Both the position numbers and the translations under genes were made by a program. The notes beneath the pieces are model-generated. The model did not search any database. It was not told the DNA's origin and saw only the letters and a program-made list of their open reading frames with translations. 31,792 nt of DNA from Chlamydiales bacterium (GTDB taxonomy: Bacteria; Chlamydiota; Chlamydiia; Chlamydiales; JBDQID01), in contig JBLFWS010000021.1 of assembly GCA_047611865.1 (NCBI GenBank), positions 1-31,792 on the forward strand. The letters run 5' to 3'. This document shows positions 10,200 to 17,430 of this stretch, one piece after another. Within the stretch, counting starts at the first letter, position 1. Each line of letters begins with the position of its first letter.

Positions 10200-11300
10200 C
10201 TACTTATTCCCCTCTAGAGCTGCCTTATAAATAGACTCCATATCATTCAGAGTCTTATTCATTGTAAATCGATCCATTACAAGTTTGTGAGCTCTTTCCC
10301 CCATAATCATCCTGTCTTCTATATTCTCACTAAGAAGGAGAACGCTTTCCGCAACTTCTAAAAAAGAAGATACCCCTACCTGATAACCGGTTTCTCCGTG
10401 TATACAAACCTCGGGTAGTCCACCTATAGTTGTGGTAATCAAAGGTTTTTTCAAATATGCCGCCTGTAAAGATGCCTGACTTACCCCTTCATTTCCTGTG
10501 CTCAACAAGGCGAAAATATCCATCGCGGCAATCGCTGTATAAGGATTATCCAAATGTCCTGTAAAAATTACACTCTTTTGGAGACCAAGATCTTTCCACT
10601 GATCACGAAAATACTTCTCACTAACTCCTCCACCTACAATCAACCACTTGATGTTTTCTCTTCCTTGCAAGGTTTTTGCAGCTTGTAAAAGATCACTGAC
10701 ACCTTTCCATGATCGCAAAATACAAGCTGTACCTACCAAACAGGTATCCTTAGATATCCCTAAGGACTCTCTGAGTTTTAATACCTCGTCTTCTGAAACA
10801 TTAAACGACTCAGGATTAATTCCCGTAGGAATAGACATACAGCGATGAGGAGGAAGCTTGGCTTGTAGTTGGATAGTCTCAACAATAGCTGCACAGGTCG
10901 TCACAACATTATCTGCAAGCCAGTTATACAAAGCGATACTGTTTAAACCTGGACGAATCGCTGTCGATAGGTGTCGAGTCCTAATGACTTTTTTTCTACT
11001 CAATCGTGCAGCAATACCTGCTGTCCAAGCATCTAGTGATGAATGAGTATTTACAATATCTATGTCATGCTTCCATATTATCTTTAAAAGATGAAAGAGT
11101 GTGAATAGCAGTTTCTTCTTTTCAAAGGAAAGCTCATAAACTTCAAATCCTGCCTGACGGGCAGGCCCAACGAGCCCCCCCCCTCGGTTTATTGCCATTA
11201 TCACTTCATGACCCCGTTTCCGCATCCCTTCCGCTTCACGAAGAATGCGAATCTCCTGCCCTCCCCATCCTGGAGATGCTTCAGTATGTAAAATGCGCAT
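10200..11300 (-). CDS. GT4 glycosyltransferase
   Basis: ILHTEASPGWGGQE, NTHSSLD, RTRH, WKG, NEGVSQASLQAA, GGLPEVCIHGETG. Confidence 0.92.
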   Translation of the reverse strand: MRILHTEASPGWGGQEIRILREAEGMRKRGHEVIMAINRGGGLVGPARQAGFEVYELSFEKKKLLFTLFHLLKIIWKHDIDIVNTHSSLDAWTAGIAARLSRKKVIRTRHLSTAIRPGLNSIALYNWLADNVVTTCAAIVETIQLQAKLPPHRCMSIPTGINPESFNVSEDEVLKLRESLGISKDTCLVGTACILRSWKGVSDLLQAAKTLQGRENIKWLIVGGGVSEKYFRDQWKDLGLQKSVIFTGHLDNPYTAIAAMDIFALLSTGNEGVSQASLQAAYLKKPLITTTIGGLPEVCIHGETGYQVGVSSFLEVAESVLLLSENIEDRMIMGERAHKLVMDRFTMNKTLNDMESIYKAALEGNK

Positions 11301-11303
11301 TGC

Positions 11304-12359
11304 TCACTCTATAGTTAAATGATTAATTATTTTCTTATGTCCAGATGAAAAAGGCAACTCAGAAAGCTCTGAAATGTTTACCCACTTATAGGCGTCCACC
11401 ACCTGGGTCTTTTTACTACTCATCAGAAAAGGACGCAAGAGAACTCGAAAGCGCGTGAAACTTTGACGGACTTCCGGGTAGGCCTTTATGAACACTGCCT
11501 CCAATTCCAAATCCTCTTTTACCCACTTTGCAAAATCTGTGTCTACGACAACCTCGGCCCCTGTATCAAGATAAGGTAGTTCATGCAAATCAGACATCAA
11601 CTTTCCTTTAGGAACACGCTTGATCAAAATTTTACTTTCACACCTAATCACAGCAACAGCTCTGTAGAGAGACTCATATTTCGTTTTTTTAGATTTGTAA
11701 GGAAGTGACGATACAGCATCAAAAGAAAATGCTTTGCAGGAATTTTGAACAGGACAAGCACCACACTGATCTTTACGACGGCATTGAACCGCTCCCAACT
11801 CTATAAGAGCTTCGTTAAAAACCCACGGCTCTTCATCGGGAAGAATTTCTTGAGCTATCTCTCGCAGCATCTTCTGTGTTCTAGCTTGAGTAATGTCATC
11901 CTGAATCATAAAATAGCGCGTTAACACTCGCATCACATTACCATCAACAGCTGCTGCTTTTTTGTGAAAAGCAAAACTCAAGATAGCCCCGATAGTATAG
12001 GGGCCCAATCCTTTTATTTTTTTTAAATCTTCTTCATTTGAAGGAAGCTCTCCCCCAAAATTCTCTATTACATAACGAGCACCTTCATGAAGGTTCCTCG
12101 CACGAGAATAATATCCCAAGCCTTCCCATAGCTTAATTACCTCCTCTTGAGAAGAGGCTGCTAAGCTTTCAATTGTAGGAAACCTTTTCATCCAAGAATT
12201 ATAGTATGGGATAACTGTTTCTACCCTTGTTTGCTGCAACATAACTTCGGATACCCAAACCTGATAAGGTGTAGGCTGATGACGCCAAGGTAGATCGCGT
12301 TTTTTTTTGCGAAACCACAATTTCAATTTATGAGAATCAAATTCGAAAGTCATTAACAT
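11304..12359 (-). CDS. mutY: A/G-specific adenine glycosylase MutY
   Basis: RDLPWR, PYQVWVSEVMLQQT, WEGLGYYSRARNL, HhH motif KGLGPYT, VDGNVMRV, Fe-S cysteines (CRRKDQCGACPVQNSC) and a C-terminal NUDIX-like domain. The real start is about 12359/12353; the extension to 12509 runs through the flagellin terminator. Confidence 0.96.
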   Translation of the reverse strand: MLMTFEFDSHKLKLWFRKKKRDLPWRHQPTPYQVWVSEVMLQQTRVETVIPYYNSWMKRFPTIESLAASSQEEVIKLWEGLGYYSRARNLHEGARYVIENFGGELPSNEEDLKKIKGLGPYTIGAILSFAFHKKAAAVDGNVMRVLTRYFMIQDDITQARTQKMLREIAQEILPDEEPWVFNEALIELGAVQCRRKDQCGACPVQNSCKAFSFDAVSSLPYKSKKTKYESLYRAVAVIRCESKILIKRVPKGKLMSDLHELPYLDTGAEVVVDTDFAKWVKEDLELEAVFIKAYPEVRQSFTRFRVLLRPFLMSSKKTQVVDAYKWVNISELSELPFSSGHKKIINHLTIE

Positions 12360-12403
12360 CAAGGATTTAAACTTATAGCAGTAAAAGGGTAGTGCAGTGC
12401 AAT

Positions 12404-12432
12404 AAAAAAGGCCAGTGAAGAATTCACTGGCC
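12404..12432 (-). terminator. intrinsic terminator of tandem flagellin 1
   Basis: mRNA GGCCAGUGAA-UUC-UUCACUGGCC followed by U6. Confidence 0.9.
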
Positions 12433-12438
12433 CCACTA

Positions 12439-12461
12439 ATCAGGTTTGAGGGGATAGGGTA
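12439..12461 (-). repeat. conserved flagellin 3'UTR element (copies at 14691-14713, 17398-17420, 19504-19525), complementary to the flagellin 5' leaders
   Basis: mRNA UACCCUAUCCCCUCAA(A)CCUGAU sits between the stop codon and terminator in all four tandem genes. Confidence 0.85.
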
Positions 12462-12471
12462 ATTAAATTTT

Positions 12472-14298
12472 TTAACCAGACAACAGTCCCAGAACCGCCT
12501 GTCTTGCAAGGTTTGCTTGTGACAAGACCGATATACTTGCCTGAGACATTATCTGTGATGAGACCAACTCGCTGGATTCTTTCGCAAAGTCTACATCTCT
12601 AAGACGGCTTTCCGCCTGAGCAATGTTGTTGTTATAACCATCGTTGGCTGAGAATACAAATCCCAGCCTACTTACTTGAGAACCTATTATCGCTCGCTGG
12701 TTAGCAACGATGTCAATAGCTTGAGAAGTCTCTTTAATAGCCTCTGAAGCACTCTCCAAGGTTAAAACATCGAGCGTACTAATTCCCAGTTTTGTGAGTC
12801 TAATATCACCAGTCGTGAATGATTGCGACATTCCGGAATCAGGTCCTACCTGAAATTCATAATTTGTCGCCGGACTTCCTCCCCCGACACTCAAGCCCAT
12901 GTTGTTCGCAGCTACGGCACTAGTCGGCGCTCCAAAATGTCCAGCATTCCCAAGACGCACTGTCCGAGTATCGGATATTTCCGGTACATCTCCAAAAGCA
13001 ATGGTCGCCTGGTTAATCGCATTCTGATCAGCTGTACCACCCGTATTAGTCCAGTACACCCTATTATTAGCGTCAAATTCTATCGATGCTATGGAGTTCG
13101 TCCTGGTACCTACTTGCAAGGAAGCTGACTGCCCTGAAAAAGCATTCACAACAACCATCGTACCTAACTTTGCAGCGTCTTCTTCCTCAAAGGCCAAATA
13201 TTGCCCGTCAGCAGAAATCGCCATGGCTTCTCCATTATCCAAGTCAAAAAGGGTATTCACATTTGCAATCAATACCTCTTTACTGGAAGTATCAAAAAGA
13301 CTTCTCTTAACATAGTTCAAGCTTGTTCCGGATCTGTCCACATAATACAAAAAGTCCCCGTGAACCGCGAACTCTGGCATGGCAGAAGCAGTCGTCGCAC
13401 CTCCACCCCATGCGTTGGTAGCGCCTACACCACCAGCATCGAGTGTCATATCCGTCACATTTAAAAGATTGATATCGTAGCCTTCTGTACCAGCATCTGT
13501 TGTTGCATTCGTCGGGTTCGAAACCCAAATACGACCTACATCATCCATAACTAATCTCGGCTGTAATGTTGCCGATGCAGCACCATCAAAAGCTAGATCC
13601 ACTTTTGTGAGGGTGTTACTATTAAGCTCCAGTTTCATTACTGTTTTTCGAGCTGAAATCGAAGTTCCCGCATCATTCTGAGCAATATATATTAGTTGTT
13701 TTCCATCGTCGCTAAAAAGATAATCTCCCACGGAACCATCAGTCGCATTTTCAAATGCAAATTCCAATCCATTTGCTGAAGTATTTCCCGCCCTCATATC
13801 GGTTCCCAATGTTCTTTCATCCGAACCATCGGACTGAGAAAAGACAATCCTCTTAAGGACAGAGTCCCATACTGAAACCGCTGTCTTACCATTAATTTGT
13901 AACCCATTATATTTACCAGCTTCAGAAATACGTGCTACTTCCGTTTTAAGCTGCTGAAATTCGAGATTAAGATTTACCCTGTCGTCTTGGCTCTTTGAAC
14001 CATCACTTGCTCCAACAGCCAGCTCACCCATACGATCAAGTATGTTATGAACTTCCTGCATCCAGGAGTCGGTGGACTGAAGCATGTTCATCGCGTTTTG
14101 TATGACACGACCTGCTTCCTCACTGTTTCTTATTTGAGAACGAAATCTTTCTGAAATACCCAAGTCCGCCGGAGCGTCCCCTGGAGATGTAAAACGAGAG
14201 CCAAGCGACAATCGTCCCATAGCCGTTTGCAAGCGACTATTTTGACGATTATAGTCGCTAATATACATCTGAAAAGTTGCATTGTTAGCGATAATCAT
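12472..14298 (-). CDS. fliC: flagellin (tandem copy 1) with predicted beta-propeller variable domain
   Basis: N-domain RLSLGSRFTSPGDAPADLGISERFRSQIR...DRMGELAVGASDGS...EFQQLKTEV; C-domain FQVG...ESRLRDVDFAKES...LSQAN...LGLL. Confidence 0.95.
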   Translation of the reverse strand: MIIANNATFQMYISDYNRQNSRLQTAMGRLSLGSRFTSPGDAPADLGISERFRSQIRNSEEAGRVIQNAMNMLQSTDSWMQEVHNILDRMGELAVGASDGSKSQDDRVNLNLEFQQLKTEVARISEAGKYNGLQINGKTAVSVWDSVLKRIVFSQSDGSDERTLGTDMRAGNTSANGLEFAFENATDGSVGDYLFSDDGKQLIYIAQNDAGTSISARKTVMKLELNSNTLTKVDLAFDGAASATLQPRLVMDDVGRIWVSNPTNATTDAGTEGYDINLLNVTDMTLDAGGVGATNAWGGGATTASAMPEFAVHGDFLYYVDRSGTSLNYVKRSLFDTSSKEVLIANVNTLFDLDNGEAMAISADGQYLAFEEEDAAKLGTMVVVNAFSGQSASLQVGTRTNSIASIEFDANNRVYWTNTGGTADQNAINQATIAFGDVPEISDTRTVRLGNAGHFGAPTSAVAANNMGLSVGGGSPATNYEFQVGPDSGMSQSFTTGDIRLTKLGISTLDVLTLESASEAIKETSQAIDIVANQRAIIGSQVSRLGFVFSANDGYNNNIAQAESRLRDVDFAKESSELVSSQIMSQASISVLSQANLARQAVLGLLSG

Positions 14299-14458
14299 TA
14301 ACTTCCTCCATGAAAATTACAAATGCTTTGCTTTGCCCAAACAATCCTTGTTTGAACTCCACTATCCAACAAAACATACCCACATATCCCCTGAAGGAAT
14401 CTTTCCTACCACCTGATGCGTATGACTCCCTATATTCAGTCATACTTTCTTTCCTCAA
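14299..14458 (-). promoter_or_regulatory. structured GGA-rich flagellin 5' leader with CsrA-type hairpin (14338-14354)
   Basis: Hairpins GUAUGACU...AGUCAUAC and CAAACA-AGGAU-UGUUUG, multiple GGA motifs, and a GGAGGA SD. Confidence 0.7.
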
Positions 14459-14463
14459 TCTAA

Positions 14464-14491
14464 GTATCGGAACTCTACGAAGCGTACTGAA
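14464..14491 (-). promoter_or_regulatory. sigma28-type promoter, flagellin 1
   Basis: TTCAGTAC-N12-TCCGATAC. Confidence 0.75.
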
Positions 14492-14520
14492 GAAAAAACA
14501 TCTCTTTCCTAAAAATAAAA

Positions 14521-14645
14521 AACAGAGAGAATTCCACAGGTCTCACTAATCCTATTGAAAGGGTGAGCTACGAGCCACATATACCCTCAAGACATTATCT
14601 ACGAAGAAACCAGCCCTCTTGATTCTTTCGCCATATCCATGCCTT
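14521..14645 (-). pseudogene. decayed flagellin 3'-end relic with degenerate 3'UTR/terminator
   Basis: The minus strand reads MDMAKESRGLVSS*IMS* versus intact VDFAKESSELVSSQIMSQ. It is followed by GATTAGTGAGACCTGTGGAATTCTCTCTG-TTTTT, which resembles the flagellin terminator region. Confidence 0.7.
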
Positions 14646-14654
14646 CGCATAAAT

Positions 14655-14684
14655 AAAAAAAGGCCAGTGAAGAATTCACTGGCC
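14655..14684 (-). terminator. intrinsic terminator of flagellin 2
   Basis: GGCCAGUGAA-UUC-UUCACUGGCC followed by U7. Confidence 0.9.
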
Positions 14685-14724
14685 CCACTAATCAGGTTTG
14701 AGGGGATAGGGTAATTAATTATTT

Positions 14725-16551
14725 TTAACCAGACAACAGCCCCAGAACAGCCTGTCTTGCAAGGTTTGCCTGTGACAAGACCGATATACTTGCCTGAGAC
14801 ATAATCTGCGATGAGACCAGCTCGCTGGATTCTTTCGCAAAGTCTACATCTCTAAGACGGCTTTCCGCCTGAGCAATGTTGTTGTTATAACCATCGTTGG
14901 CTGAGAATACAAATCCCAGCCTACTTACTTGAGAACCAATAATCGCTCGCTGGTTAGCAACGATGTCAATAGCATGAGAAGTCTCTTTAATAGCCTCTGA
15001 AGCACTCTCCAAGGTTAAAACATCGAGCGTACTAATTCCCAGTTTTGTGAGTCTAATATCACCAGTCGTGAATGATTGCGACATTCCGGAATCAGGTCCT
15101 ACCTGAAATTCATAATTTGTCGCCGGACTTCCTCCCCCGACACTCAAGCCCATGTTGTTCGCAGCTACGGCACTAGTCGGCGCTCCAAAATGTCCAGCAT
15201 TCCCAAGACGCACTGTCCGAGTATCGGATATTTCCGGTACATCTCCAAAAGCAATGGTCGCCTGGTTAATCGCATTCTGATCAGCTGTACCACCCGTATT
15301 AGTCCAGTACACCCTATTATTAGCGTCAAATTCTATCGATGCTATGGAGTTCGTCCTGGTACCTACTTGCAAGGAAGCTGACTGCCCTGAAAAAGCATTC
15401 ACAACAACCATCGTACCTAACTTTGCAGCGTCTTCTTCCTCAAAGGCCAAATATTGCCCGTCAGCAGAAATCGCCATGGCTTCTCCATTATCCAAGTCAA
15501 AAAGGGTATTCACATTTGCAATCAATACCTCTTTACTGGAAGTATCAAAAAGACTTCTCTTAACATAGTTCAAGCTTGTTCCGGATCTGTCCACATAATA
15601 CAAAAAGTCCCCGTGAACCGCGAACTCTGGCATGGCAGAAGCAGTCGTCGCACCTCCACCCCATGCGTTGGTAGCGCCTACACCACCAGCATCGAGTGTC
15701 ATATCCGTCACATTTAAAAGATTGATATCGTAGCCTTCTGTACCAGCATCTGTTGTTGCATTCGTCGGGTTCGAAACCCAAATACGACCTACATCATCCA
15801 TAACTAATCTCGGCTGTAATGTTGCCGATGCAGCACCATCAAAAGCTAGATCCACTTTTGTGAGGGTGTTACTATTAAGCTCCAGTTTCATTACTGTTTT
15901 TCGAGCTGAAATCGAAGTTCCCGCATCATTCTGAGCAATATATATTAGTTGTTTTCCATCGTCGCTAAAAAGATAATCTCCCACGGAACCATCAGTCGCA
16001 TTTTCAAATGCAAATTCCAATCCATTTGCTGAAGTATTTCCCGCCCTCATATCGGTTCCCAATGTTCTTTCATCCGAACCATCGGACTGAGAAAAGACAA
16101 TCCTCTTAAGGACAGAGTCCCATACTGAAACCGCTGTCTTACCATTAATTTGTAACCCATTATATTTACCAGCTTCAGAAATACGTGCTACTTCCGTTTT
16201 AAGCTGCTGAAATTCGAGATTAAGATTTACCCTGTCGTCTTGGCTCTTTGAACCATCACTTGCTCCAACAGCCAGCTCACCCATACGATCAAGTATGTTA
16301 TGAACTTCCTGCATCCAGGAATCCGTGGACTGAAGCATATTCATCGCGTTTTGTATGACACGACCTGCTTCCTCACTGTTTCTTATTTGAGAACGAAATC
16401 TTTCTGAAATACCCAAGTCAGCCGGAGCATCCCCTGGAGATGTAAAACGAGAGCCAAGCGACAACCGTCCCATAGCTGTTTGCAAGCGACTATTTTGACG
16501 ATTATAGTCGCTAATATACATCTGAAAAGTTGCATTATTAGCGATAATCAT
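14725..16551 (-). CDS. fliC: flagellin (tandem copy 2)
   Basis: 608 aa; differs from copy 1 at one visible residue (KETSQA versus KETSHA). Confidence 0.95.
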   Translation of the reverse strand: MIIANNATFQMYISDYNRQNSRLQTAMGRLSLGSRFTSPGDAPADLGISERFRSQIRNSEEAGRVIQNAMNMLQSTDSWMQEVHNILDRMGELAVGASDGSKSQDDRVNLNLEFQQLKTEVARISEAGKYNGLQINGKTAVSVWDSVLKRIVFSQSDGSDERTLGTDMRAGNTSANGLEFAFENATDGSVGDYLFSDDGKQLIYIAQNDAGTSISARKTVMKLELNSNTLTKVDLAFDGAASATLQPRLVMDDVGRIWVSNPTNATTDAGTEGYDINLLNVTDMTLDAGGVGATNAWGGGATTASAMPEFAVHGDFLYYVDRSGTSLNYVKRSLFDTSSKEVLIANVNTLFDLDNGEAMAISADGQYLAFEEEDAAKLGTMVVVNAFSGQSASLQVGTRTNSIASIEFDANNRVYWTNTGGTADQNAINQATIAFGDVPEISDTRTVRLGNAGHFGAPTSAVAANNMGLSVGGGSPATNYEFQVGPDSGMSQSFTTGDIRLTKLGISTLDVLTLESASEAIKETSHAIDIVANQRAIIGSQVSRLGFVFSANDGYNNNIAQAESRLRDVDFAKESSELVSSQIMSQASISVLSQANLARQAVLGLLSG

Positions 16552-16712
16552 TAACTTCCTCCATGGGATTACAAATGTTTTGCATCATCCAAACAATCCA
16601 TGTTTAGATTCCACTATCCAACAAAACATACCCACTTATCCCCTCAAGGACCTTAGTCCTACCCACCTGATCCGTATGGCCCCCTATATTTAGCCATACT
16701 TTCTTTCCTCAT
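16552..16712 (-). promoter_or_regulatory. structured GGA-rich 5' leader, flagellin 2 (CsrA-type hairpin 16588-16608)
   Basis: Hairpins GUAUGGC...GCCAUAC, AGGAC-UAAG-GUCCU and UCUAAACA-UGGAU-UGUUUGGA. Confidence 0.7.
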
Positions 16713-16717
16713 TATAA

Positions 16718-16745
16718 GTATCGGAACTTAATGCAATTCACTGAA
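16718..16745 (-). promoter_or_regulatory. sigma28-type promoter, flagellin 2
   Basis: TTCAGTGA-N12-TCCGATAC. Confidence 0.72.
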
Positions 16746-16942
16746 GAAAAACCTGCTTCGGATGAAAAATAAAGGCATGGTTCAATTCAAGGTAACACTT
16801 TTTCCTAAGCCTATAGGCTGTCTGACCAAAATTTCGGATGACTTAAGAGAAGCGAAGGAATTTGTGCTTATGTAACTGAGTCATGCCCGATCTTCTAAAA
16901 ATGCAGGGTATCAAAATTGATAAACGTTTTGTTCTTTGCTTA

Positions 16943-17219
16943 TATTGGAGAGGTGCCACTACCGTGGCACAGAATCTTTTTTTCCTATCCCCGAGCTAAA
17001 GCACGGGGCTATCAAGAGGGAAGACCACTACCGTGGCCTTAAGAAAAAATCACCTATACACCCCTATCCAACAAAGAAATGAAATTATCCCATGAATAAG
17101 CCGGCTATGGATAACTCCTAATAGCCACGGTAGTGCCTCTGTCTCCAAATAGCCCTGTGCTTTAGCTCAGGGGATGAACGATACACATTTCGTGCCACGG
17201 TAGTGGCACCTCTCCAATA
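16943..17219. repeat. inverted REP-like doublet (REPIN/BIME-like element)
   Basis: Two inverted ~95-bp units (16943-17037 and 17124-17219). There is a perfect 28-bp outer inverted repeat TATTGGAGAGGTGCCACTACCGTGGCAC, with internal palindromes GTGCCAC-TACC-GTGGCAC and CCCCG-AGCTAAAGCA-CGGGG. Confidence 0.85.
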
Positions 17220-17361
17220 CTTCAAGAACAGGTAGCTTAAGCATAGCTTTATTTTTCTCGATTTAGCCTTCGCAATTTTGGCAATTAGACATATTCTAAC
17301 GGCGTGATCCCACAACCCTTTTTGTTACCTAAAAAAGCCTCTTTCTGAACCATCCCAAAAT

Positions 17362-17391
17362 AAAAAAAGGCCAGTGAAGAATTCACTGGCC
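17362..17391 (-). terminator. intrinsic terminator of flagellin 3
   Basis: GGCCAGUGAA-UUC-UUCACUGGCC followed by U7. Confidence 0.9.
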
Positions 17392-17430
17392 CGACTAATC
17401 AGGTTTGAGGGGATAGGGTAATTAATTATT

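Noticed and set aside
12360..12509. N-terminal extension of MutY
   Set aside because: It reads through the flagellin 3' end and terminator; MutY similarity starts near 12353.
14310..14549. 79-aa + strand ORF in the flagellin spacer, and the 17118-17315 ORF
   Set aside because: They overlap promoter/leader or repeat DNA and are not conserved in the paralogous spacers.
14377..14713. Invertible promoter (phase-variation switch) bounded by the leader/3'UTR inverted repeats
   Set aside because: The repeats are gapped, contain G-U-type substitutions and an inserted hairpin; all promoters point the same way; no recombinase is in the window. RNA pairing fits better, though inversion was not tested with reads.
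16943..17219. CRISPR array interpretation of the GCCACTACCGTGGC repeats
   Set aside because: The repeats occur in inverted units with irregular structure, and there are no cas genes.
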